IMG/VR virus record: IMGVR_UViG_3300029951_000027 | Reading direction: 5' to 3' (one strand) | Length of the DNA: 63,689 nucleotides | Source: a virus | Part shown: positions 53,563-61,781 of the stretch, piece by piece | Position numbering within the stretch: position 1 is the stretch's first letter | Layout of the letters: each line of letters opens with the position of its first letter | Position numbers and translations under genes: made by a program | The notes under the pieces: generated by a model | Databases searched by the model: none | Seen by the model: the letters and a program-made list of their open reading frames with translations, nothing else | What the model was told of the DNA's origin: nothing

Positions 53563-53757
53563 TTAGCCGGTTGCCAGTTGCTTGCGCGCCTTGCGCTTGG
53601 CGTGACCCAGCTTGGCCGCCGCGCTGGCTTCTTCGCTCGTGAACTGGTGGCCCATGCCGCTGAGGTGAGAAGCGCGCCCACCTTGCCGAGCGATCTCGCG
53701 CTGGCGGTCCTTGTTCATGGCCGCGAATCCGCGCGCCTTACCTTCGAACTGATTCAT
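53563..53757 (-). CDS. KGG-repeat stress-induced protein (YciG-like)
   Basis: GFAAMNKDRQREIARQGGRASH and GHQFTSEEASAAAKLGH match KGG-family repeats. ATG 53757 follows GGAGAA. Confidence 0.65.
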   Translation of the reverse strand: MNQFEGKARGFAAMNKDRQREIARQGGRASHLSGMGHQFTSEEASAAAKLGHAKRKARKQLATG

Positions 53758-54052
53758 CTGCTTCTCCAAGTTGGTTGAGCGGGCCGGTAACGCCGACCTG
53801 CGCCAGCAGTGTACGCGCCCGCTCAACAGCAGTAGGTTCGTCAAAGGGGCCTGAGCCGCTTTCAAAATCCGCCATCACATACAGGTTACGAATGACGTCG
53901 CGCATCCAGCTTTCTTGGCTGGCGATAGTGCTCAAGATGCTGTACTTGAGCACGTCAAACCTATTGACCACATGCAACGGTGTGGTCAAGTCCCAGCGCG
54001 GCAGGGCGGCCAGGGTTTCGACGTCCTTAGACAGCGTGCTCAACGCAGCCAC
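53738..54052 (-). CDS. hypothetical protein
   Basis: The 104-aa ORF has a GTG start and overlaps both neighbours. Confidence 0.4.
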   Translation of the reverse strand: MAALSTLSKDVETLAALPRWDLTTPLHVVNRFDVLKYSILSTIASQESWMRDVIRNLYVMADFESGSGPFDEPTAVERARTLLAQVGVTGPLNQLGEADESVRR

Positions 54053-54276
54053 CCGAAGTCACGTGCCAGCTCGAGCAGGTTCCACGCGATGAAAGACGGG
54101 ACGATCCACAGCACGAAGTACGCGCCCCATGCGAACAGTTTCTGCAGACCGAAGTCGCCGTGCGTCATGCTGCTACGACGGCGATCGACCAGACCCCATT
54201 TGATGAGAAACTGGCGCACCACGAAAAACAAGGCAGCCGAGAAAAGGATGACGGCGATGGTACCGGGACGAAACAT
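54040..54276 (-). CDS. 2-TM membrane protein
   Basis: 78 aa with two long hydrophobic helices. Confidence 0.5.
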   Translation of the reverse strand: MFRPGTIAVILFSAALFFVVRQFLIKWGLVDRRRSSMTHGDFGLQKLFAWGAYFVLWIVPSFIAWNLLELARDFGWLR

Positions 54277-54300
54277 AAAACCTCCTGGATTTATTGTGCC

Positions 54301-54771
54301 TCAGTAACGCAGCACGAAATCCGGGCGGCGATTCGAAGGTGCAGCCGGCGGAAGCAGGCACAGCGCCACCAGCACCGGGATATTTTCAAGGCATGCGCCC
54401 TGCTGCGCAAGCGCCGTCAGGGTATCCACCTTCGCCCATTCTAGGGGCTCGTCGGTCTGGTTTAGATTCAGATCGGGCCAGACACAGCCTTCGGTTTTGA
54501 AGACGTCAATGTCCCAAGGTTCTTTCGGGTCGTCTCGTATCATCCGGCCAACGCGGTCCCAGCAGAAATCCGGTGTTGCGCAGCCGGTTTCTTCATGGAA
54601 CTCACGTGCCATTGCCATGAAAGGGTCTTCCCATCCCAAGGCGCCATCACATTCCCGCTTGCCGCCCACCCCGTTGAGCTTGCCGGCCTGCCAGTCGGGC
54701 CGCGCCTTGAGTATCAGCAAGACGGTGTTGTCGAGCGGGTTGAAGGCGAAGCCGAGTACCATGCGTTTCAT
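54301..54771 (-). CDS. NUDIX hydrolase
   Basis: The Nudix box is GVGGKRE...AREFHEETG, with a longer than usual spacer. Confidence 0.7.
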   Translation of the reverse strand: MKRMVLGFAFNPLDNTVLLILKARPDWQAGKLNGVGGKRECDGALGWEDPFMAMAREFHEETGCATPDFCWDRVGRMIRDDPKEPWDIDVFKTEGCVWPDLNLNQTDEPLEWAKVDTLTALAQQGACLENIPVLVALCLLPPAAPSNRRPDFVLRY

Positions 54772-55094
54772 TTGACGACTCCTCTGTCAATGTACGTCAC
54801 GTGCACGACGGGTGACTTGCGTGCAGCACGGTCGGCATCGGTCTGTGCCTTGCCGATGTGAATGCGGAAGGCTTGCGCCATCGGGCCGCCCGGCTTGAAC
54901 GGGTAGGCATCTGCCGGCACACGTTCAACTTCGAGCAACAGCTTCAGGATCTCGCGTTGCATCTCGACGTTCAGCCAGTCGAGTTTACGGTTCATTTCGA
55001 ACGCGTGATGCTCGATCTCCATTTGGTCCTGGGCCACCCGTACCGCGTGTTCGAAGCTGGACCGGAACTTGAGCATCGGCGGCCATGCATCCAT
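54768..55094 (-). CDS. hypothetical protein (108 aa)
   Basis: ATG 55094 overlaps the upstream stop by 1 nt. Confidence 0.5.
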   Translation of the reverse strand: MDAWPPMLKFRSSFEHAVRVAQDQMEIEHHAFEMNRKLDWLNVEMQREILKLLLEVERVPADAYPFKPGGPMAQAFRIHIGKAQTDADRAARKSPVVHVTYIDRGVVK

Positions 55095-55258
55095 CACACT
55101 CTCCGCAGGCAAGCGTACCGCCGCTGGTCGTCGTTGAACTGGAAGCACTGTGCTTGCTTGCGCGCTTCCAGCTTCTGCGAGGCGTACCCGCAGACGAACA
55201 TCAGCAGCACGAAGCACGCGAAGGCGAGCACGGGGACGATGATAGATTGACGGATCAT
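55094..55258 (-). CDS. small single-TM peptide (54 aa)
   Basis: ATG 55258 follows AAGGAG. The hydrophobic segment is IIVPVLAFACFVLLMFVCG. Confidence 0.4.
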   Translation of the reverse strand: MIRQSIIVPVLAFACFVLLMFVCGYASQKLEARKQAQCFQFNDDQRRYACLRRV

Positions 55259-55259
55259 G

Positions 55260-55439
55260 TCAATCTCCTTGGAAACCTGCGGATCGCTTCCATTCGGAAG
55301 CCATGATGCTGTCGGCCGCACAACGGGCGAGAACACCAGCACCGTCGAGGCGCTCGAGAATGAGATCGATACCATTCGACAACAGACGGAATTTGAACCC
55401 GTTGTATACCTTGGACCAACTACTGATTACGCGTTCCAT
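55260..55439 (-). CDS. hypothetical protein (59 aa)
   Basis: ATG 55439 lies within track ORF 55260..55481. Confidence 0.35.
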   Translation of the reverse strand: MERVISSWSKVYNGFKFRLLSNGIDLILERLDGAGVLARCAADSIMASEWKRSAGFQGD

Positions 55440-55491
55440 AGTGATTACCTTTTGATTGCGGATGCACCCACTGTAGCGCATCCGCCGTGCT

Positions 55492-56364
55492 TCAGTCCAG
55501 CTTGTCCTCGTCCATCATTTCGATGGCGCGGTTGATGCTGACGACCGCTTCGCTCAAGTCCTTGCGCACGTCCTTGCTGCCACGACGGCCGGGAACCAGC
55601 AGCTTCTTGATCGCGTGCTGGATGGCCGGGCTGGTAACGCCGAAGATCTCGAGCGTGCGATACACGTCGATGCCGTCGTAGGGGCAGGGGCGAAAGTAGT
55701 GGCTGAAAGGGCGCTTCGTCAGCATGTCCTCGGCATCAAATTCCTTCGCCCGTACCTTCGCTTGTTCGGCCATGCTGCACCGCGCGTGAAGAGTCGTTTC
55801 GCATGTCTTGCAGTCCACAACATGCGTGTTCCTACCGTGCGCAAAACAATACGGCATACCCTCGCCGTCCCAAGCAACAGCCAGCGCAGTAGCGGTCTTA
55901 TTGACGCCGACGCCGGCCGTATGCGTGTGGTCAGCCATCGGCGTGCCGGCAAACGCAGATTCCGCGACGGCCTTGTACAACGGGTCGCGCGTCTTGACGT
56001 GCTCATGCCGCACCGGATCCTTCGGCTGGTCAGCCTTGATCGTCTCGATGTCCATGAACATCCGTCCGCGCAGCTCCAGACGCTTGATGCCGAGCGAACA
56101 CCAGCCTTCTTGCAGGCCGTAGCCCGTGAGCTTCTGCGTGACCACACAGAGCACTTCGCGGCCCGTATAGTCGACGCTGTAGTTCATCAGGTGCATGACC
56201 TCGCCGGTGTGGCTCGTCTCGCGCAGCAATAGCTCGTCGCCGACCATGTAGCCGATGCCTTCGCCCGGCGCCCGCTTTCGGTCGTCAACACGCAGTTGAT
56301 ACAGCATCTTGCCGTCCCAAACGTCTTGGAACGGTGCCGGGTCTTGCTTCAGTTCGAATCTCAT
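55492..56364 (-). CDS. ASCH/DUF3850-like N-domain fused to a DUF3310-like C-domain
   Basis: The N-terminus is FQDVWDGKMLYQLRVDDR...GDELLLRE and the C-terminus is IDVYRTLEIFGVTSPAIQHAIKKLLVPGRRG.KD..KDL.EA. Both were recognised from memory. Confidence 0.55.
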   Translation of the reverse strand: MRFELKQDPAPFQDVWDGKMLYQLRVDDRKRAPGEGIGYMVGDELLLRETSHTGEVMHLMNYSVDYTGREVLCVVTQKLTGYGLQEGWCSLGIKRLELRGRMFMDIETIKADQPKDPVRHEHVKTRDPLYKAVAESAFAGTPMADHTHTAGVGVNKTATALAVAWDGEGMPYCFAHGRNTHVVDCKTCETTLHARCSMAEQAKVRAKEFDAEDMLTKRPFSHYFRPCPYDGIDVYRTLEIFGVTSPAIQHAIKKLLVPGRRGSKDVRKDLSEAVVSINRAIEMMDEDKLD

Positions 56365-56633
56365 ACCGATTGCGCCTTTCTGATGGCTTCCGCGTTGTCG
56401 ATGAATTCACACTTCTGATCGTCCGTGATCTCGAACGCCTCGAGCATGAGCTTTGCGAAGTTGAGGGCAAGGTCTCGATTGGACCCAAAGCACTCGACTT
56501 GCATCTTGGTACAGGCCACGAACATGTCCACCCGCAAAGCGTACAGGGGGCCTTTGCGGGCCGCAAGTGCCTCAATGACTTCGGCATTGCGTGTAATCGC
56601 CATCCTGATAGCTTGCGGGTCAGGTCTGTCCAT
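56361..56633 (-). CDS. hypothetical protein
   Basis: 90-aa ORF coupled to its neighbours. Confidence 0.5.
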   Translation of the reverse strand: MDRPDPQAIRMAITRNAEVIEALAARKGPLYALRVDMFVACTKMQVECFGSNRDLALNFAKLMLEAFEITDDQKCEFIDNAEAIRKAQSV

Positions 56634-56829
56634 TGCGCGCCCTCATGTTCCACTTGTGGATGGCTTCGAGAAGGTCCATGTCGCGCGGGCCGTTGGCGCC
56701 GCAGTCTTCGCACTTGCCGCGAAACAGCGGGGCCGCACCGTAGCACTTGCCTTCCTGCGTTGTGACCTTACCGCTTCCACAGAACGGGCACGGGATCATG
56801 CCGTAGGGGTTGAAACCGTTTGCCATCAT
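56620..56829 (-). CDS. Lar-family restriction alleviation-like protein
   Basis: CPFCGSGKV...KCEDCGANGP...EAIHKWNMR matches the Lar-family pattern. The start was set at 56829. Confidence 0.55.
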   Translation of the reverse strand: MMANGFNPYGMIPCPFCGSGKVTTQEGKCYGAAPLFRGKCEDCGANGPRDMDLLEAIHKWNMRARNGQT

Positions 56830-57011
56830 AACCCCGGCTGAACGCTGAACTGCATGGGCACTGACTTGATACGACGGCATTCCTTCAGAAAGAACTCGGC
56901 CGCCTCCATTGCGTCGTGCGCTAGCTCGTGGTAATCGACGTCGGTATAACCTTCGGTGTTCGGAATCTTCACCTTGGCGCGGATGCGGAACGGCATGACT
57001 GGTTCGGCCAT
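56826..57011 (-). CDS. hypothetical protein (61 aa)
   Basis: ATG 57011 follows GAGGGAG and forms a TAATG overlap with the upstream stop. Confidence 0.45.
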   Translation of the reverse strand: MAEPVMPFRIRAKVKIPNTEGYTDVDYHELAHDAMEAAEFFLKECRRIKSVPMQFSVQPGL

Positions 57012-57418
57012 TATAGCTCCCTCGTTATCGCGATCCACGCGCGCTGCCACCACGGCGCCGCGTTGAACTTGGCGATGTGCGCGTCCTTGTCTTCCAGCCG
57101 TGTTTTGTACATGTGCGCTTGCGTCGAGTGATGCTCAATGGTGCGCTGCATGTGCTCGCGTTCAAGGCGATGCAAGTCGCGCGCCACTTGCTCGAGATCC
57201 GGAGTGATGGCGTAGTGCGTGTCGATCGCGTAGCCTTGCTGCATCTCGCGGGCCGTGCGCACTTCGAGGTCCAGGCGCTTCAGATTCATGCTGACAACAC
57301 GATCCTTGAGCGACATCGCCGGCATCTGTTGGCTGTCGGGGTAGATCGAGATGACCTTCTGGCCTTGGTACAGCGGATACCACGCGGTGCGCAGCTCCAT
57401 TACTTTGACGCGGTTCAT
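57011..57418 (-). CDS. hypothetical protein (135 aa)
   Basis: ATG 57418 forms an ATGA overlap. Confidence 0.5.
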   Translation of the reverse strand: MNRVKVMELRTAWYPLYQGQKVISIYPDSQQMPAMSLKDRVVSMNLKRLDLEVRTAREMQQGYAIDTHYAITPDLEQVARDLHRLEREHMQRTIEHHSTQAHMYKTRLEDKDAHIAKFNAAPWWQRAWIAITREL

Positions 57419-57663
57419 GCTAGTTGATTGCACTTGCAGAGGTTGCAGAAGTTGATTGGCGTGCCGTCACCTGTGGTCATAGGAGTCTGCGCCCAACCGG
57501 GATGCTCGCAGTGTGCCGGATCTGGCGCCTGCTGTGCGTCAGTCATGCTGCCGTACTTCCGTCGAATCTCCGTAGCGATTGACTTGATGCGGAACGGGCG
57601 TACCTGGGGCCTGCCCGCTTCGTATATGATGTCGTTGCAGAGGTCAATGAGACTGCGGGCCAT
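57415..57663 (-). CDS. hypothetical protein (82 aa)
   Basis: ATG 57663 overlaps the upstream stop. A C-terminal CNLCKC is present. Confidence 0.45.
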   Translation of the reverse strand: MARSLIDLCNDIIYEAGRPQVRPFRIKSIATEIRRKYGSMTDAQQAPDPAHCEHPGWAQTPMTTGDGTPINFCNLCKCNQLA

Positions 57664-57872
57664 CAAATAAACTCCCAAGCGTCGGCATCGTCCATACGGT
57701 GCTTGGCACCATTGGCGTCTTCAACTTCGTAGATTGGTTCGCACTCGAACACAGAATCCATCTCAAGTTCACCTTCGATGGCCTTGCTGCCGAACAGCAC
57801 GCGAATGCGCTTGCCGACGTCTGCCCAGGTTGGCCACTCGTCGACGTTTGTGAACGTGTTGACGAAGTTCAT
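57663..57872 (-). CDS. hypothetical acidic protein (69 aa)
   Basis: ATG 57872 lies within track ORF 57663..58019. Confidence 0.45.
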   Translation of the reverse strand: MNFVNTFTNVDEWPTWADVGKRIRVLFGSKAIEGELEMDSVFECEPIYEVEDANGAKHRMDDADAWEFI

Positions 57873-57877
57873 TTGTC

Positions 57878-58069
57878 CTACGCCTTTCGCAATCGCATTT
57901 CGGTCAAGCTGGACCAGTGCGCCCGCATAATAATATTGACAGCTTCGTGCACCAGCGGAGTGATGTGCATGGTCTGGAACAAGCGAGCTTCGTACACCGA
58001 CAGCGTAATCACGACCCACTGGCCGGGCCGCCAGGGCACCAGACGGGCTTTAGCGCCGCTTGCCATCAT
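57878..58069 (-). CDS. hypothetical protein (63 aa)
   Basis: ATG 58069 lies within track ORF 57878..58156. Confidence 0.35.
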   Translation of the reverse strand: MMASGAKARLVPWRPGQWVVITLSVYEARLFQTMHITPLVHEAVNIIMRAHWSSLTEMRLRKA

Positions 58070-58299
58070 CGCCCCTTCGCCGTGCACGTGACGATGAACG
58101 CCCGCTGGCCTTGCCCATCGCCGGTCTGCCCGTAGTGCAAGTCGTTGGGGTCGCAATCCTTAGCCCAGTTGGACAGGGCGTAGGCGGTCTGTGTGGCCTG
58201 GGTGTGGGGTGGTGGTGCCATAAGAATAGCTAGCCCAATCCCTGCGCAGCCAAACGGCACCACGATGCAAGTAAAGGACATGAACGTTGAAGTCTTCAT
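58066..58299 (-). CDS. small exported or membrane protein (77 aa)
   Basis: ATG 58299 opens with a hydrophobic N-terminus, MKTSTFMSFTCIVVPFGCAGIGLAILMA. Confidence 0.45.
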   Translation of the reverse strand: MKTSTFMSFTCIVVPFGCAGIGLAILMAPPPHTQATQTAYALSNWAKDCDPNDLHYGQTGDGQGQRAFIVTCTAKGR

Positions 58300-58300
58300 G

Positions 58301-58606
58301 TTACTCGCCCTCCAGCGCATCGAACGCGGCCTGCCACGCCTTGTCCTTGCCGGCTTCGTATTCGGCTTTCAGTGCATAGTCTTGTTCGAGCATGGTGCCG
58401 GCAGCTTGCATGGCTTCGCAATGCTGCTTCATGTGCTTCAGGCGCACCAGTTCGGCCAGGGCTTCGATGCAGCGCAAGGCACGCATTTGGCCGGCGATGG
58501 TAGGTTGAATGGCTGCCGCACCACACGACGGATCGAAATCACACGTACAGGTTGACGGCTGGCCGCCTTCCCAGACAGCTTGACAAGAATCGCAAGACTT
58601 CATCAT
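58301..58606 (-). CDS. Cys-rich hypothetical protein
   Basis: 101 aa with GAGGAG upstream. It is the first gene after the terminator at 58638..58678. Confidence 0.5.
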   Translation of the reverse strand: MMKSCDSCQAVWEGGQPSTCTCDFDPSCGAAAIQPTIAGQMRALRCIEALAELVRLKHMKQHCEAMQAAGTMLEQDYALKAEYEAGKDKAWQAAFDALEGE

Positions 58607-58637
58607 CTAGTATCTCCTCGGGCTTTGCACCCGCATA

Positions 58638-58678
58638 AACGAAAAGGCCAGCCCACAGTGTATGCGGACTGGCCTTCG
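58638..58678 (-). terminator. Hairpin terminator downstream of the SGNH tail-fibre gene
   Basis: The minus strand reads AAGGCCAG-17 nt-CTGGCCTT followed by TTCGTTT. Confidence 0.5.
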
Positions 58679-58738
58679 TACGGCGTATGTCAGACTATTT
58701 CGTCATCACCAGCGAGCGGAGAGCGTGTTCATGTGGGA

Positions 58739-60505
58739 TCAATACTTGATGATGCCGACGCACCGAACGCCGACGTTGCACGTCACGCCGGTGATGCTGC
58801 CGAACTTGACCAGGATTTGCGGGACGACGGCGGTGATGCTGGCACTGCTCATTTGCAGTCGGCCTGTACGGATGAACCGAGTGCCAGCCGCCACGACGTC
58901 GGGCAGGATGCCGACGCTTTCCAGTTCCTCTCCGCTCGTCGCGAGGCCGTACGCGCCACCGCTGTTGGTGGGGAAATAGGCCTGGACAAGTTCGACGCCT
59001 GCCGCGTGTACGTTGTCCCACCTGAGTTCGAACACGAGCTCAAGCTCGCTCGTGTCTGTCGCGGCAACCCCGAGGGACGCTGGGCTGACGCCGCCAGCGC
59101 CGCAGGGATACGCAGCGACAATGTCATTGGCTGCACCCGCGGTGCACTCCATGTTGACCCAGTAGCCGTTCGTCGAGGCGTCTCCGCCGTCATAGACGGA
59201 CACGGCCATCGTTCCGCTGCCTGACGTCCGTCCACAGGCCCAACCCGAAGGCTGGCCGCCTGTGCCTCCCTTGGGTAGCGTGGTGCTGGCCGAACCGCCG
59301 GTCAAGAAGCCCGTCGTGACCGTTGTCCCGACCCACGGCCCCTTATTCAGCAGGCGCGTGTGACCTCCGGGCGTCGTCGCATCAGACGCGCTGCGCGGAA
59401 CGATCAGCGGGAAGCTGATCTTCGAAGACGTTGCGCTATTGACCTGGGCACCATTGAGGAGCGCGCCGTTGGTCAGGATGTGCGTACCGTCAGCCGTGTG
59501 GGGGTAGCCACCCGCATCGGGATACGTCGCATCGAACATGCACGTGTGCGTGAAGTTGTAGTCGCACGACGTGGCATCAACGAAGATGACTTTGCCCGGA
59601 TTCGCGAGGGCGTACTGGTAGAGCTGGTAGTTGTAGGTGTGCTGCAGGACGCCGCCGACCGTGTACTGAGTCGAGTCGACGTTCAGCACGGTGGGCGCAG
59701 CGGACGTGGCGCACTTGCCGATGACCTGCTCGTTGAGCGTGGCGTAGCCGGACTGCACCGAGCCGACCGCCGTGCAGGAATACAGGACGACGAAGGCGTT
59801 GCCGCCGTTGCCGTCCAGCCCGGTCAGCCCGTCGAGAATCACTTTCGCAGCAGTGAACGTGGTGTTCGGGGTCGCACCGCCCTTGATGTCGTTGATGCCG
59901 AGACGAAGTGCTACGACCGGGTTCGTGTACAGCGCGAGCAACTGCTTGGCGTAGGCGAGTTCCGCGCCCATGCCAGAGGCGAGCGCGCCCGGATGCCCCA
60001 GGTTGCCGATGATGTCCATGCCACCGCCGGCCAGTGCATTCCAAGCATGTGCAACACCCCGATGGCTCTTGCGCTCGAGGTTGATGATCGTGCCGTTGCT
60101 GATCGTCTGCGTGACGCCGCTGGCCGCCGTCGTTGGGTTGAACGTCGGAACACCTGTGGCAACCGCGTCGGACTGCCGCGTGTGGATGCTGACGGTCGTG
60201 CTGCCGGCGCCAGAGTCCGCATAGTTATTACGGCCCTGCACCTCCATCGTGGTGTCGGACAGGTTGACCAACTGCACGCGCGGCGTGCCCCACAGCGAGT
60301 TCGAGATTGGGTTGCTGCTGGTGGTGATGCGCCCGATGTTCGTCGTGCCGTCTCGCGTGAAGACGGCGCTGTTCATCGCGATGTTCTGGTGCTCGTGTGC
60401 AGCGAGCGAGTCCCCGAAGAGGAGGACGGGCGGATTGCTTAGCGTCGGGAAGGCGACTGAGACCGCCTTACTGACCCGTTGCCGCGCGTGGAGTGCTGGG
60501 CGCAT
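58739..60505 (-). CDS. tail spike/fibre protein with N-terminal SGNH (GDSL) esterase domain
   Basis: Block I is LLFGDSLAA, block III GINDI and block V ADGTHI (DxxH). It lies immediately downstream of a tail fibre gene. Confidence 0.7.
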   Translation of the reverse strand: MRPALHARQRVSKAVSVAFPTLSNPPVLLFGDSLAAHEHQNIAMNSAVFTRDGTTNIGRITTSSNPISNSLWGTPRVQLVNLSDTTMEVQGRNNYADSGAGSTTVSIHTRQSDAVATGVPTFNPTTAASGVTQTISNGTIINLERKSHRGVAHAWNALAGGGMDIIGNLGHPGALASGMGAELAYAKQLLALYTNPVVALRLGINDIKGGATPNTTFTAAKVILDGLTGLDGNGGNAFVVLYSCTAVGSVQSGYATLNEQVIGKCATSAAPTVLNVDSTQYTVGGVLQHTYNYQLYQYALANPGKVIFVDATSCDYNFTHTCMFDATYPDAGGYPHTADGTHILTNGALLNGAQVNSATSSKISFPLIVPRSASDATTPGGHTRLLNKGPWVGTTVTTGFLTGGSASTTLPKGGTGGQPSGWACGRTSGSGTMAVSVYDGGDASTNGYWVNMECTAGAANDIVAAYPCGAGGVSPASLGVAATDTSELELVFELRWDNVHAAGVELVQAYFPTNSGGAYGLATSGEELESVGILPDVVAAGTRFIRTGRLQMSSASITAVVPQILVKFGSITGVTCNVGVRCVGIIKY

Positions 60506-60515
60506 TCGATTCTCC

Positions 60516-61529
60516 TCAGTTATTGTAGATGCGCCAGTTGTCTTGCGACACCTGATAGGCGTAGCCGCCTTCGAGTTGAGCCGAAGTGGAGTACGAACGG
60601 CTGCTCGGTTTGGTGAACGTCACGCCCGCGCCTGCTGTGATCGTGACGACGCCAGCGCCGACCTGAGACCAGTACAGGAGCGTTCCCGCGGGAAACGCAA
60701 CCGACGAGTGCGGCGGGATCGTGGCCGCGATTGCCGAGGCGTTGTTCAGGTCGACCTGCTGGCCGGCGTCGGTGAGCGCGAACGTGTAGGTCGTGCCGGT
60801 CTGGGCGTTGTCGGCCTGCACCGTCGCTGCCGCCGTCAGCGTAGTGACGCCGTTCGCGGCTGCCGTGATCGCGGCCTGCTGAGTCGCGCCGTCGCTCAGG
60901 TTCGCGAGTGCGAGCGAGACGTTGCCGCTAGCGTTCGGCGACTGGCCGCCGACAGTGATGACTTCGCCCGTGTTGCCGTCGATCTTCTCGATGGACGTGC
61001 CGTTGTCGACGACCTTGTCGCCGACGAGCCAGTTGATGCCCAGCGATGTGCCAGCCGTAGCGACAGTCCAGAAGAAGCCCTTGTTGCCGGCCACGATGGC
61101 AGGCGTGTTCGTGGTGGCGTTGTACGTGCCCTGGTAGTTCAGCGCGCCGACGATCGCGGCCGGAAGCTGGGCGACAGGAACCTTTCCGGTACCGTCGAGC
61201 CCCGCAACACCGTTGGCGACGCCCTTCTGACTGGCGGGCAGCGCTGCATTGGCCGTCGCAGTGACCGCCGCCAGCGGCGTCACCAAGTTTGCATTGTAGT
61301 CGCTGGCTTGGCTAAGAGCGGTGATACCGCCGCCCCCCGCAGCCGTTTCAAACCCTGTGCCAGCCTTATTGACGCGGTAAATGACGCGCGGCGAAGCGTT
61401 GGGGTCATAGAATTCAGCTCGTGGCCCCAGAGCCAGCTGATTCGCGTTGGGTGTCAGGCCGGCAAAGTTCACAGGGCTGCCATCGGCATTTGCAACCGCG
61501 ATGCGAAGCAGATTGTCAGAAGTGAGCAT
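60516..61529 (-). CDS. tail fibre protein
   Basis: The KGVANGVAGLDGTGKVPVAQLP motif is typical of phage fibres, and the sequence is Gly/Ala/Thr-rich. Confidence 0.7.
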   Translation of the reverse strand: MLTSDNLLRIAVANADGSPVNFAGLTPNANQLALGPRAEFYDPNASPRVIYRVNKAGTGFETAAGGGGITALSQASDYNANLVTPLAAVTATANAALPASQKGVANGVAGLDGTGKVPVAQLPAAIVGALNYQGTYNATTNTPAIVAGNKGFFWTVATAGTSLGINWLVGDKVVDNGTSIEKIDGNTGEVITVGGQSPNASGNVSLALANLSDGATQQAAITAAANGVTTLTAAATVQADNAQTGTTYTFALTDAGQQVDLNNASAIAATIPPHSSVAFPAGTLLYWSQVGAGVVTITAGAGVTFTKPSSRSYSTSAQLEGGYAYQVSQDNWRIYNN

Positions 61530-61593
61530 GATGCACCTGGGTTGTGTGACTAGCGCATTATGGCCTTTGACGCAAGGGCTTGATACTTTGATG

Positions 61594-61624
61594 TCAAAAA
61601 TAAAGGGCGCTCAAGGCGCCCTTT
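61594..61624 (-). terminator. Rho-independent terminator
   Basis: The minus strand reads AAAGGGCGC-CTTGA-GCGCCCTTT followed by ATTTTTG. Confidence 0.6.
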
Positions 61625-61627
61625 CTG

Positions 61628-61774
61628 TTACTTGGTACTCACGCGCACCGCTGATACGACTGGCTGCCAATTGACACGCCGACGTCGCTTGCGCCGGGCC
61701 AGCCATGCAACCGCTTCGGTCCAGCCGAACATGATTGCCATGCCCAACCCGACCATTGCGAGGTCGTGTGCCAT
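61628..61774 (-). CDS. small TM peptide with poly-Arg anchor (48 aa)
   Basis: I read it manually as MAHDLAMVGLGMAIMFGWTEAVAWLARRKRRRRVNW.... It is below the ORF-track cutoff and has no clear SD. Confidence 0.3.
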   Translation of the reverse strand: MAHDLAMVGLGMAIMFGWTEAVAWLARRKRRRRVNWQPVVSAVRVSTK

Positions 61775-61781
61775 GGCCGCG

